A stretch of DNA of 46,422 nucleotides from Methylococcus sp. UBA6136 (GTDB lineage Bacteria; Pseudomonadota; Gammaproteobacteria; Methylococcales; Methylococcaceae). The notes under the pieces were generated by a model that searched no databases, was not told where the DNA came from, and saw only the letters and a list, made by a program, of their open reading frames with translations. Both the position numbers and the translations under genes were made by a program. This document shows positions 8,495-19,100 of this stretch, in pieces. The first letter of the stretch is position 1. Each line of letters opens with the position of its first letter. The stretch lies in contig DIVI01000054.1 in NCBI GenBank assembly GCA_002423305.1, positions 15,937 to 62,358 of the forward strand, given 5' to 3'.

Positions 8495-9537
8495 GCAAGC
8501 CTATCAATGCCATGGCGATCGGCGGATTTCTGATTGGTGGTATCGCGTTGCTAATCACTGCGCTCCTGGTGTTTGGGGGGGGGCAGTTTTTCAAGCCCAA
8601 GATGCATTGGGTCGTCTATTTCGAAACCTCTCTGAACGGGCTCAATGTCGGTGCGCCGGTTAAGGTGCAGGGGGTGCAGGTGGGCATCGTGAAAGAGATC
8701 GAATTGCAGCTGGACCGGAACAAGCAAAAATTGATGAAGCCGGTGGTGCTGGAAATTGAACCCTGGCGGTTGGCGTCGCCCGATGGTTCTCCCTTTGATC
8801 TATCCCTGATTCCAGGTCGTGAACGGCACAAGGAATTCAAGAAACTGATTGATGCCGGGTTGCGAGCACGGCTTGAGGTGCAAAGCATCCTCACCGGATT
8901 ACTTTATGTCGATCTTGATTTTCATCCGGAACAACCGGTTCGGATGACCGGTTTGGGTTACAAGGATATGCCTGAAATACCCTCCATTACCCCTACGGTG
9001 GATGAGGTCAAGGCAACGCTCGAGGATATCGTCAAAAAAATCAGAGGCATGCCGCTGGATCAAATGGTGGCCGATTTTTCGGCCACGCTCGCGGAGCTGA
9101 GGGCGTTGGTGGGCTCCGAGGATACGCGTAAGTCTCAGGTAGCGTTGACCAATGCACTTCAAACGGCGGAAAGCCTGTTGGGTCGACTCGACAGACAATT
9201 ACCCGGTTTCATCGATCGCATGGACAAAACCATGGGCAGCATCGGGCAGAGTTCGACAGATATCAGTGTGACGGCCAAAACGACCACCGCTCTGGTCCGA
9301 GATCTGCAAGGCAACACGGGGCCGATGATGAAGGCCACCGAACAGACGCTGCTGAAGGCCACGGATGCGCTGGAGTCGACACGAATCGCCGCCGAAAATA
9401 TCGCCGACACCACCGCCGATGACTCCAATCTTCAGGGATCCGTAGCCGAGCTGACCAAGGCAGCACAATCGCTCAGGGTCTTGACGGATTACCTTGAGCG
9501 TCACCCCGATTCACTTTTGTTTGGTAAGAAAGACTGA
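8491..9537 (+). CDS. MCE/MlaD-family substrate-binding protein with a long helical C-terminus
   Basis: The GTG start overlaps the ATPase stop (GTGA), suggesting translational coupling. An N-terminal TM helix is followed by an MCE core (VVYFETSLNGLNVGAPVKVQGVQVGIVKEIEL). The remaining ~200 aa are helical. Confidence 0.85.
   Translation: MSKPINAMAIGGFLIGGIALLITALLVFGGGQFFKPKMHWVVYFETSLNGLNVGAPVKVQGVQVGIVKEIELQLDRNKQKLMKPVVLEIEPWRLASPDGSPFDLSLIPGRERHKEFKKLIDAGLRARLEVQSILTGLLYVDLDFHPEQPVRMTGLGYKDMPEIPSITPTVDEVKATLEDIVKKIRGMPLDQMVADFSATLAELRALVGSEDTRKSQVALTNALQTAESLLGRLDRQLPGFIDRMDKTMGSIGQSSTDISVTAKTTTALVRDLQGNTGPMMKATEQTLLKATDALESTRIAAENIADTTADDSNLQGSVAELTKAAQSLRVLTDYLERHPDSLLFGKKD
8575..8583 (+). 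repeat. G9 homopolymer inside the MCE gene (codons 29-31, Gly-Gly-Gly)
   Basis: Read directly: gtttGGGGGGGGGcag spans the 8580/8581 line break. It is the longest homopolymer I noticed in the window. Confidence 0.9.
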
Positions 9538-9660
9538 GCCGATTTTGTATCGGCATGGCGGTTGTCGGGTTGGGTCTGAATGGGAATCTATCGTGATAAG
9601 CTCTTGCCCGTTTAGGCGTGAGCCGTTTCTGGAATCTTCCGTTTTTTGGAGTGAGCGAAA

Positions 9661-10275
9661 GTGCGAGACGACGTAAATCTTGTCGGTGCCGGAAAATGGG
9701 CTTTCTGGTGTCTGTTGATGGTTGGCTTGACGGGATGCTTCAGAAATACGGTTCCGGACCAGTTTTACATGTTGCGTGCCGCCGATTTTGCCGGGCAATC
9801 TGTTATTCACGGCGAGGGGCCAATGGTTGGACTGGGGCCGGTTCATATACCCGCTTATCTCGACCGACCACAAATAGTTACTGCCACATCTGGACAGGAA
9901 TATCGGCTCTCTGAGGATCATCGTTGGACTGAGCGTCTCGATGAGAATATTGCGCGTGTCTCGGCGCAAAATTTGTCTGCGCTAATACCGACAGATCGCA
10001 TCGTCATGCATCCCTGGCCGCGTGAGTCCCAACCGGATGTTCAAGTAGGTATCTCCATTCAGGAGATGCACGTGGACCCTCGTGGCGAAGTGCGCATGAG
10101 CGCCCTCTGGTCGCTGCGGCAGGGCAAAAGTGATGTCACCCATCACAGATTCAACTGCCATCTCCCCGCCTCCACGACGGACTATGCGCAGATGGTGGAG
10201 GTGGAAAGCCAATGTCTGATCCGTTTGAATCGTGAGATGGCCGTTGCGATAAAAAAACGCCTGCAGCCGGGTTAG
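9661..10275 (+). CDS. ABC-transport auxiliary lipoprotein (PqiC/YmbA, DUF330-like)
   Basis: It has a lipobox LTGC after a hydrophobic leader and is the fourth gene of the MCE operon. Its size and position are typical of the lipoprotein partner. The start is GTG, with GGAG 9 nt upstream. No catalytic motif was seen. Confidence 0.7.
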   Translation: MRDDVNLVGAGKWAFWCLLMVGLTGCFRNTVPDQFYMLRAADFAGQSVIHGEGPMVGLGPVHIPAYLDRPQIVTATSGQEYRLSEDHRWTERLDENIARVSAQNLSALIPTDRIVMHPWPRESQPDVQVGISIQEMHVDPRGEVRMSALWSLRQGKSDVTHHRFNCHLPASTTDYAQMVEVESQCLIRLNREMAVAIKKRLQPG

Positions 10276-10386
10276 AGCGGGCCTGGCCAGGCGCATAACG
10301 ATGGTTTTAAGGGGATTGTGCGGCTTCGGGCCGTCTTGCCCGTTCTTCAGATGTCTCGTCAGTAAAACCCGAGTGGGGTCCCGCCG

Positions 10387-10959
10387 ATGTCGCTCTTGAG
10401 ATTTCTGCCCGGCATCATCGTGCTGCAGATTTCCACAGCCGCTTTGGTTTACGCGCTGATGCTCCCCGAGGCGCATGAGGCCTTGTGGCTTCCGGTGGCC
10501 ATCCTGGGCGGTGTGGTGAGCCTGCTTTCGGCGTTCTGGTTTGGCTCAATCGCCGACCATGTCAAGAAGGATGCGCTCGCCAATGTCCGCACCCAACATG
10601 CCCGTGAGCGTGAGAAAATCGTGGTGACGGCGGAAATCGACAAGCGTGCGGCGCTGGAGCAGAGTCATGAGCGAATTCTCAAGGAAACTGCCCGTGCACA
10701 GTCCCAGGCTTACTGGCGACTGGGACTCGGCCTCACTGGATTACTGGCTCTGGGCGGAATCATGGTGGCTATCGAGTTCATGACCGTCGGCCTGCTGATC
10801 ATGGCAACGGCCGGGGGCGCATTGGGTGGTTATGTCATGCGTTCACGTCAGGAGACTCGATTTGCCGATCGATCTGATGGGCATCCTCCACTGTTGACCG
10901 CGAGAGAAATCAAGGCGCTAGGGGCGGCTCCGGCAAAAAAGACGCCATTGGAGAAATAA
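10387..10959 (+). CDS. Hypothetical membrane protein (2 TM helices, charged helix, 2 TM helices)
   Basis: The 190-aa ORF starts at ATG. It has hydrophobic pairs at both ends and a central charged segment (KKDALANVRTQHAREREKIVVTAEIDKRAALEQSHERILKETARAQ). I recognise no family. Confidence 0.5.
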   Translation: MSLLRFLPGIIVLQISTAALVYALMLPEAHEALWLPVAILGGVVSLLSAFWFGSIADHVKKDALANVRTQHAREREKIVVTAEIDKRAALEQSHERILKETARAQSQAYWRLGLGLTGLLALGGIMVAIEFMTVGLLIMATAGGALGGYVMRSRQETRFADRSDGHPPLLTAREIKALGAAPAKKTPLEK

Positions 10960-11174
10960 GTCAGCGGGCTTGCCAATGCTGAGCGCGCTCGATAGAAAAC
11001 GATGGGGTTCATAGCAAAACCGGTCCTCATGAGTCTGATCACCAATGCTATGATTCAGCCCTTGCCTAGGATTGAGGGCCAGGGAGTGGTGCCATGCAGG
11101 GCTTGCCCCGTAGGCTGAAATGCTCCGGTTTCGATCATTTCGCTGAATTTGAGTGAGTCTACGATCAAACTGAC

Positions 11175-13292
11175 ATGAAGTTCGTCAAGCAGCCCCTGCA
11201 ACGGCTCTCCTCGGTGAAGTCGCCCTTCGAATGTTCTCCTGGGTCACCCCTGCCCCAGGGCGTCCATCTTGCCAATGATGGCGTCAATTTCGCCTTATTC
11301 AGCCGCCACGCCACGCGGGTCTGGTTGCTCCTGTTTGATAATGTGGATGCGGTTCATCCGTGCCAGACGATTGAACTAGATCCCAAACACCACAAAACCG
11401 GCGATATCTGGCATATCCGGATTCTCAATGCCGGGCGTGGCCTGGTCTATGCGTATCGGGTAGACGGCCCGTTTCAGCCGGAACGCGGGCATCGGTTTGA
11501 TGCTGCACAAATACTCATCGATCCCTGTGCGACCGCACTGACCAGTCCGAAAAAGCTGGATTTTGGTGTGATTTGTCGGTCTGCGGGGGCAAAAGAACTT
11601 GTTTGCCCGGATGCCCCTGCGATCGTCAAATGTCTGGTGACTGATAACAGCTTTGACTGGGAAGATGACCGACCGCTTTACCACCCCTGGTCGGACCTGG
11701 TGATTTATGAGGCCCATGTTCGTGGGTTGACGCTCTCACCGACGGCTGGCTCCAAGTCCCCGGGAACCTTTTTGGGGGTGATAGACAAGATTCCCTACCT
11801 GAAGGAACTGGGTATTAATGCCATCGAATTCATGCCTCTGCAGGAATTCAATCCGGACGAGGTCACGGCGCGAAATCCCGCGACCGGAGAGCGACTAACC
11901 AATTACTGGGGCTACAACACGATCGCATTTTTCGCCCCTTACGAGGGCTATGGGTCACGGCTCTATCCCGGTTGCCAGATCGATGAGTTCAAGACTATGG
12001 TCAAGGCTCTGCACAAGGCAGGTATCGAGGTGCTGCTGGATGTCGTTTTCAACCATACGGCCGAGGGCAACGAAACCGGGCCGACGTTGAGCTTCCGTGG
12101 TCTCGATAACAGCATCTTCTATATCCTCGAGGACGATAAGCGCTATTACAAGAACTATTCCGGTTGTGGAAATACCCTGAACTGTAATCACCCGGTAGTC
12201 CGTAACTTCATTTTGGAGTGTCTGCGTTACTGGGTAGTTGAAATGCATGTGGATGGATTCCGGTTCGACCTGGCTTCCATTCTGGGGCGGGACCGCGATG
12301 GTAGCCTGGTGGCTAATCCCCCTTTGCTGGAACAGATTGCGGAAGACCCTATCCTGAGGGACGTGAAGCTGATCGCGGAAGCCTGGGATGCGGGTGGGGC
12401 TTATTTGGTCGGCCGGTTTCCTGGGGAGCGCTGGTCGGAGTGGAATGGGCTGTACCGTGATGACATACGCCGCTATTGGCGGGGTGATGCCGGTCTGGCC
12501 GGAGCCTTTGCCAGCCGATTGTGTGGCAGCGCGGATATTTATGAACATAGCGGCAAGGCGCCGGTAAACAGCATCAATTTCGTGACTTGCCATGACGGCT
12601 TTACCCTGCGTGATCTGGTCAGTTACGAACACAAGCACAATCTGGCCAATGGCGAGGATAGCCGTGACGGTTGCAATGACAACTTCAGCGCAAATTATGG
12701 TTGCGAGGGCGACACGTCGGACCCCGCCATTCGGCAGTTGCGCTTGCGACAGATGAAAAACCTGATGGCTACGCTGTTCATGTCGCGCGGTGTGCCGATG
12801 ATGCTGGGCGGGGATGAATTCTGTCGGACCCAGCATGGCAACAACAACGCCTATTGCCAGGATAATGAGGTTTCCTGGTTGGATTGGTCGCTACTCAAGA
12901 AAAATCAGAATTTCTTTCGTTTTGTAAAATCGTTGATTCAATTGCGCCGCCACTATCCGGTTCTATCTAGCGAGCGGTTTTATCGGCCTGAAGAAATTAC
13001 TTGGTTCAACGCCCATGGACATCCGCCTGATTGGCATGGAGATGGGGTGATTGGTTGCCAGATACACCATCAGCAGGGCTCACAAGTGCTTTGTCTGCTT
13101 GCTAATCCCACCCATCAAAGGGCTGCATTTCACCTTCCGATCCCCCCCAAGGGGCGGGACTGGAAGCGGCTGATGGATACAGGAGCAATTGAGCCGTTTG
13201 ATATTTGTGAGCCGAGCAAGAGTGTTCCGCATAAACTGGGTGAGCCAGTCATCCTGTTGGACCGTAGTCTGGTTTTTCTTGTGGCTGACTGA
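11175..13292 (+). CDS. glgX: Glycogen debranching enzyme (isoamylase-type)
   Basis: The 705-aa ORF has GH13 catalytic regions (VLLDVVFNHT, VDGFRFDLAS, IAEAWD, FVTCHDGFTL) and a GlgX-type N-terminal domain. Confidence 0.95.
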   Translation: MKFVKQPLQRLSSVKSPFECSPGSPLPQGVHLANDGVNFALFSRHATRVWLLLFDNVDAVHPCQTIELDPKHHKTGDIWHIRILNAGRGLVYAYRVDGPFQPERGHRFDAAQILIDPCATALTSPKKLDFGVICRSAGAKELVCPDAPAIVKCLVTDNSFDWEDDRPLYHPWSDLVIYEAHVRGLTLSPTAGSKSPGTFLGVIDKIPYLKELGINAIEFMPLQEFNPDEVTARNPATGERLTNYWGYNTIAFFAPYEGYGSRLYPGCQIDEFKTMVKALHKAGIEVLLDVVFNHTAEGNETGPTLSFRGLDNSIFYILEDDKRYYKNYSGCGNTLNCNHPVVRNFILECLRYWVVEMHVDGFRFDLASILGRDRDGSLVANPPLLEQIAEDPILRDVKLIAEAWDAGGAYLVGRFPGERWSEWNGLYRDDIRRYWRGDAGLAGAFASRLCGSADIYEHSGKAPVNSINFVTCHDGFTLRDLVSYEHKHNLANGEDSRDGCNDNFSANYGCEGDTSDPAIRQLRLRQMKNLMATLFMSRGVPMMLGGDEFCRTQHGNNNAYCQDNEVSWLDWSLLKKNQNFFRFVKSLIQLRRHYPVLSSERFYRPEEITWFNAHGHPPDWHGDGVIGCQIHHQQGSQVLCLLANPTHQRAAFHLPIPPKGRDWKRLMDTGAIEPFDICEPSKSVPHKLGEPVILLDRSLVFLVAD

Positions 13293-13307
13293 GCCCGAAC
13301 CCGCTTT

Positions 13308-14927
13308 ATGTTGAAAAGGCCAAAGATAATTTGCCCATTCGAGGTGTTGATATGGCGATGGGGCATGTTGTTAGCGGTTTTTCTGGTTGTTGCTGGCTGT
13401 GAGTTGATTGGCCCCGACTTCCAGAAGCCGGATAGTGAAACTGAACCCGGTTGGCTGGACCGAAAGGATGGCCGGATCAGCCAGCGAGGTTCGGACCACC
13501 GTAACTGGTGGAAAACCTTCACTGACCCGGTTCTGGACCAGTTGATCCAGACGGCCTATCGGCAGAATCTTTCCCTGCGCGAGTCGGGTTTGCGGATTCT
13601 GGAGGCCAGAGCACAGTTGGGTGTCGCGGTCGGTGATTTTTACCCACAGAAACAGGATCTCTCCGGATTTACCGATTACATCAAGCTGCCGTCGGGTGCA
13701 CTCAGTGAGTTGCTGCCGAATAAGGCCGGGGGTCTGCCACCCTTCTGGTGGAGCCGGATGGGAATTTCAGCAAGCTGGGAACTGGATATCTGGGGCAAGT
13801 TTCGTCGAGCCATCGAGGCAGCCGATGCCCAGATGCTGGCTACCATTGCGGCCTATGATGCGGCGATTGTTACTTTGACGGCGGACGTTGCGACGACCTA
13901 CATACGCATCCGCACGCTCGAAAAAAAGCTCGATATTGCTCGCAGCAATGTTCAGGCTCAGCTCAACAACCTACGAATTGCGGATGCCAAGTTTCGCGGC
14001 GGAAGTTCGTCCCGGCGGGATGTGGAACAGGCCAGAACCGTGCTGGGGGGCACTCAAGCCTCGATTCCAGCACTCGATTCGCAGTTGCGCCAGGCGAAAA
14101 ACGCACTTAGTGTGCTGCTGGGTCAGCCGCCTGGTGATTTGGATAAACCCTTGGGGTTGGGTCAGCGGTATGCGCAAATACCGGCACCGCCGGTGCAGGT
14201 GGCCGTGGGTATTCCCTTGGATTTGCTGCGCCGAAGACCGGATATCCGTGAGGCCGAATATCAGGCGCAAATGCAGTCAGCCCAAATCGGGATTGCCAAG
14301 GCACAACTGTATCCCGCTCTCTCTTTGAGTGGCAGTTTTTCTTTCGTCTCCTCTACGGCGAATGGCATGAGTCTTGGTGACATGTTTCAGTGGGGTAATC
14401 AGTTCTATCGTTTTGGTCCCGCGGTTCAGTGGAATATTTTCAATTATGGCCAGATCACCAATCAGGTGCGATCCAATGACGCGCTTTTTCAATCCAAGTT
14501 GGTCAACTACCAGAATGTTGTGTTGAACGCGCAGAGAGAGGTCGAGGACGGATTGATTGCCTTTCTCAAGGCACAGGACTCGGCGGAATATCTGGCTCAG
14601 AGTACCGCCGCCGCAAAGCGGTCGCTGGAACTTGCTACCTTGCAATACAAAGAAGGAATTGCCGATTTCACCACGGTGTTGACAGCAGAACAATCCCTGC
14701 TTTCCCAGCAGGACAATTTTGCTTCGGTGTTGGGCGATATCGCGACAGGGTTGGTGAGCGTTTATCGCGGACTGGGTGGTGGCTGGCAGATTCGCGAGGG
14801 TCAGGCGTTTGTGCCGGAGCCCATCAAGGCGGCGATGGCGAAGCGCACGGATTGGGGAGATCTGTTGTCGTCCACCCCGGTGCCAGAGGGCCCAGCCAAA
14901 GGCACGGTCCGAATGCCGGACTGGTAG
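13308..14927 (+). CDS. RND efflux outer-membrane factor lipoprotein (NodT family)
   Basis: It has a lipobox VVAGC followed by ELIGPDFQKPD...W, and two TolC-like repeat halves. The start may instead lie at an internal Met just before the signal peptide. Confidence 0.9.
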   Translation: MLKRPKIICPFEVLIWRWGMLLAVFLVVAGCELIGPDFQKPDSETEPGWLDRKDGRISQRGSDHRNWWKTFTDPVLDQLIQTAYRQNLSLRESGLRILEARAQLGVAVGDFYPQKQDLSGFTDYIKLPSGALSELLPNKAGGLPPFWWSRMGISASWELDIWGKFRRAIEAADAQMLATIAAYDAAIVTLTADVATTYIRIRTLEKKLDIARSNVQAQLNNLRIADAKFRGGSSSRRDVEQARTVLGGTQASIPALDSQLRQAKNALSVLLGQPPGDLDKPLGLGQRYAQIPAPPVQVAVGIPLDLLRRRPDIREAEYQAQMQSAQIGIAKAQLYPALSLSGSFSFVSSTANGMSLGDMFQWGNQFYRFGPAVQWNIFNYGQITNQVRSNDALFQSKLVNYQNVVLNAQREVEDGLIAFLKAQDSAEYLAQSTAAAKRSLELATLQYKEGIADFTTVLTAEQSLLSQQDNFASVLGDIATGLVSVYRGLGGGWQIREGQAFVPEPIKAAMAKRTDWGDLLSSTPVPEGPAKGTVRMPDW

Positions 14928-14948
14928 AAATGTGATGAGTGTCCTTTC

Positions 14949-16127
14949 ATGACTCTGACAAAAAGTTCAAGTGAGCCTGCGGTGCAGTCACCGTCTGGAT
15001 ATGCGCCTGGTTTCAGGGGGATTGCGATAGGGTTTGCGCTAGTCTTGGCGGGGTGCGATGTCCCTAACTCCTATCAGGCACCACCGCCTCCCGAAGTGAC
15101 AGTGAGCCACCCCCGACAGGGTTTGGTGACGCGCCATATCGAGTTTACCGGCAATACCCAAGCGCTCTATACAGTGCAACTGCGGGCGCGAGTTGAAGGC
15201 TTTTTGGAGAAGGTCCTTTTCAAGGAGGGGGACATTGTTCAGGAAGGACAGGTTCTGTTTGTGATCCAGCAAAACACCTATCAAGCCAAGCTTAAGGAGG
15301 CCGAGGCGAAGTTACTGGCCGCGAAGGCCCGTTTGTTGCATTCGGAAACCGAGTTCAAGCGTTTTACCGGGCTATTGCAACAGGATGCAGCGGCTCAGAC
15401 CGACGTGGACCGATGGCATTACGAACGCGACGCCAATCAGGCGGATGTGATGTCGGCGGAAGCACAGGTTGAATTGGCCAAACTTAACCTCGGTTATACA
15501 ACGGTCAGGGCGCCATTCCAGGGGCGGATCAGCCGACGCTACAAGGATCCCGGCAATGTGGTGGGTGCCGGGGAAGAGACTGTTCTGGCGGATATCAACA
15601 AGGTCGACCCCATTTACGTTTATTTCACGATCAATGAGCAGGATCTTCTGCGAATCCGAAAAGAAAACCCAGATATCACCGCCAAGACGTCTCGACCCAA
15701 TTTGCCTGTGGATGTGGGGTTTTCCAATGAAAACGGGTTTCCGCATCGGGCCCGGTTGGATTATGCCGACATTCAAGTGGACACCAACAGCGGCACCCTA
15801 CAGCTCCGCGCCACTTTGGCCAATCCGGACTACAGAGTCCTCCCCGGGTTGTTCGCGCGCATCCGCGGCGAGCGGTCGCAACCGCAGGAGAGTCTGTTTC
15901 TCCCAGAGGAGGCCATTGGCTATGACCAGGGAGGCCCTTACGCCCTGGTTGTCGACGATCAGTTCATAGTCTCGCGTCGTGGTGTGACCCTCGGGCCACA
16001 GGTCAACAGGGAATACGCTATCGATGCCGGGCTTTCCGGGGGCGACAATGTCATTGTGAATGGCCAGATGAGGGCTATTCCCGGGCACAAGGTAAGGGTT
16101 ATCTGGGCCGGATCAGGGGCACCATGA
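14949..16127 (+). CDS. RND efflux periplasmic adaptor (membrane fusion protein)
   Basis: It has a lipobox-like LAGC, a biotinyl-lipoyl-like hairpin region (RARVEGFLEKVLFKEGDIVQEGQVLFVIQ...YTTVRAPFQGRI) and typical HlyD/AcrA layout. Confidence 0.9.
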   Translation: MTLTKSSSEPAVQSPSGYAPGFRGIAIGFALVLAGCDVPNSYQAPPPPEVTVSHPRQGLVTRHIEFTGNTQALYTVQLRARVEGFLEKVLFKEGDIVQEGQVLFVIQQNTYQAKLKEAEAKLLAAKARLLHSETEFKRFTGLLQQDAAAQTDVDRWHYERDANQADVMSAEAQVELAKLNLGYTTVRAPFQGRISRRYKDPGNVVGAGEETVLADINKVDPIYVYFTINEQDLLRIRKENPDITAKTSRPNLPVDVGFSNENGFPHRARLDYADIQVDTNSGTLQLRATLANPDYRVLPGLFARIRGERSQPQESLFLPEEAIGYDQGGPYALVVDDQFIVSRRGVTLGPQVNREYAIDAGLSGGDNVIVNGQMRAIPGHKVRVIWAGSGAP

Positions 16128-19100
16128 TATCCAAATTTTTTATAGAAAGACCGATTTTTGCCAATGTCATCGCCATTGTTACGATCATTCTTGGCCTGGT
16201 CAGTCTGCTAAATCTGCCTATTGCTCAATACCCCAACATCGTTCCACCGACCATCCAGGTCGTTACCCGGTATCCCGGGGCGAGCGCTGAGATTATCGCC
16301 AAAACCGTCGGTATTCCCATCGAGCAGGGGGTCAATGGTGTTGAGAATTCGCTGTATATGTCATCGACCAGTGGATCGGATGGGACCTACACGTTGACCA
16401 TCACCTTTCGAGTGGGTTCGGATTTGAACGCGGCGTTGAGCCTGGTTCAAAACCTCGTCAATGGGCAGCTGGCGCAATTACCTGATGCGGTTCAGAAGCA
16501 GGGTATCAATATCCGCAAGGTATCCACCAATATCCTGCAGGCCGTCAGTATTTATGCCGAGGACGAGCGTTACGACGAAACCTTTCTTTCCAACTATGCC
16601 CTCATCAATTTGCAGTACCCTCTGGGGCGAATCCCCGGGGTGGGTCAGGTCAAGGTGCTGGGAGCGGGTTCCTACAGCATGCGCATTTGGTTGAACCCGG
16701 AACGACTCAAATATTTTGGTCTCACTACAGTGGATGTGGCCGATGCGGTCAAGCAGCAAAACACACAGGTTGTTGCCGGACAGTTGGGTGGCCCGCCGGT
16801 CCCGGATGATCAGTCCTTTCAGTTGACTGTCAATGCGCTTGGCCGGTTAGATGATGTCGACGAATTCGAAAACATCATTGTCAAGACGGTCGCACCGAAG
16901 AGCGGGCAAGCAGCCCAAATTGTGAGGGTCAAGGATATTGCACGGGTGGAGTTGAGTCAGCAGTCCTACAACAACTTTGCGGGGTTGACCGGACACAAGG
17001 CGGCGCAAATTTTGGTTTATGCTCTGCCCGGTGCCAACGCCATTGAGGTGGGCAAGCAGGTCCGCAAAGAGGTTGAGCAGCGGAGTCGAGAGTTTCCCGA
17101 GGGTCTGACCTACGCGATTCGTTACGATACGACCGATTTCATTCAGCAGTCGATTGATTCCGTTTATGAGACGCTTTACGAGGCGGGCTTTTTGGTCTTG
17201 GCTGTCGTAATCCTGTTTCTGCAAAACTGGCGCGCGACGCTAGTGCCCGCTACCACCGTCCCAGTAACCATTATTGGCGCCTTCGCAGCGATGGCTATGC
17301 TGGGCTTTTCAGTCAATTTGATGACGCTGTTTGCATTGATTTTGGCAATTGGGATCGTCGTGGATGACGCGATCGTTATCGTAGAGAATGCATCCCACCA
17401 CATTGAGCGTGGCTTGAGTCCCAAAGAGGCGGCCATCAAGGCCATGAGTCAGATGACCGGCCCCGTGATCGGCATCACGCTGGTACTGTCCGCCGTATTT
17501 CTTCCGGCGGCTTTTCTGCCGGGAATTACCGGTCAGCTTTTTCGTCAGTTTGCCCTGGTCATTGCTGCTACCGCTATCATCAGTGCCATCAATGCCCTGA
17601 CACTCAAACCGGCCCAATGCGCGCTTTATCTCAAGCCCCGCCCTGCAGATTATCGGCCAAATGTTTTTTTTCGGGCATTCAATCAGGTCTATGGCCGGAT
17701 AGAGTCAGCCTACACGGCATTGGTCCGCTGGATGGTCCAGCGGACCCTTTGGATGAGCCTGATTTTTGGCTTGATTATCTTCGCGGGTGGCTGGCTGTAT
17801 GCCCATCATCAGTCCGGATTTCTGCCGATTGAAGATCAGGGCTATGCCATTGTGGTGGGTAAGCTGCCTGAGGGCGCATCACAGCCTCGGACTCGGGCTA
17901 CAGTTAGGCAGGTAGAGGCGCTGCTGAAAGAAACTCCCGGTATTGCGTCCTGGGTGACCATCGGCGGTTTTTCTATGCTGGATGCTGCCAATCTGGCCAA
18001 TGCCTTCAGTATTTTCGCGATCTACGAGCCGTGGGACAAGCGTGGGGCTGGACTGGATCAGAAATCGATCCTGGTGGATCTTAAAAAGCGGCTGGATGGG
18101 GTTCAGGAGGCAAGGGTCATTGCGGTGACGCCCCCTCCCATTGCCGGTTTGGGTCAGGCGGGTGGCTTGCAGATGATGATTGAGGATCGGCGAAGTCTAG
18201 GGTTATCGGAATTGCAACGTTCTCTGCTGGCCTTGCAGCAGGCAGGAGCAACCCAGAGTGGACTGGCTTTTTTGGGGACAACCTTCAGCGCTCAGAGCCC
18301 TCAGCTGTATCTGGATATTGATCGCGTCAAGGCACAAACCTTGTCAGTGCCGATGGAAAACGTTTTCGGCACCCTACAGGCTTTTCTGGGCTCTTCTTAC
18401 GTGAATTTGTTTACCAAATTCGATCAGTCGTTTCAGGTTTATGTTCAGGCAGATGCACCGTTCCGAAGGAAGGTTGACGATATCAAAAATCTGAATGTTC
18501 GCAATTCCAAATCGGACATGGTCCCCTTGGGATCCTTGTTGAATGTCGAGCGTCGGGTGGGATCTGAGTTGGTGACACGCTATAACCTTTACCCTGCCGC
18601 GTCGGTGTTTGGTGCCCCCGCTCCGGGATTCAGTGGTGGTGATGCCATCACACTAATGGAGGAAATGGCGCATAACGTCTTGCCTCAGGGTCTGGCTGTA
18701 GACTGGACGGCCACGGCTTACCAGCAGAAGCTTTTGGGTAACACGGCCTATTATGTGTATGCCTTGTCTCTCTTGCTGGTATTTCTGGTTCTGGCAGCTC
18801 AATACGAAAGCTGGTTGAGCCCTCTGGCCGTGATCATGGTGGTGCCGATGGCGTTAGTGGGTGTAATCCTGGCACAGATATCCCGTCACTTTGACAACAA
18901 TCTTTACACGCAGGTGGGCTTGGTGCTCATGATTGCGCTCGCCAGCAAGAATGCGATCCTAGTGGTGGAGTTCGCCCGCGAGTTGCGGGCGGAGGGTATG
19001 TCTATTGTCGAGGCGGCCGTTGAGGCCACTCGACAACGATTTCGCCCCATCCTCATGACCTCATTCGCCTTTATTCTGGGAGTTGTTCCACTTCTCAAGG

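Noticed and set aside
11955-12836. 293-aa minus-strand ORF.
   Set aside because: It is a shadow ORF fully inside glgX, with no motifs and biased composition.
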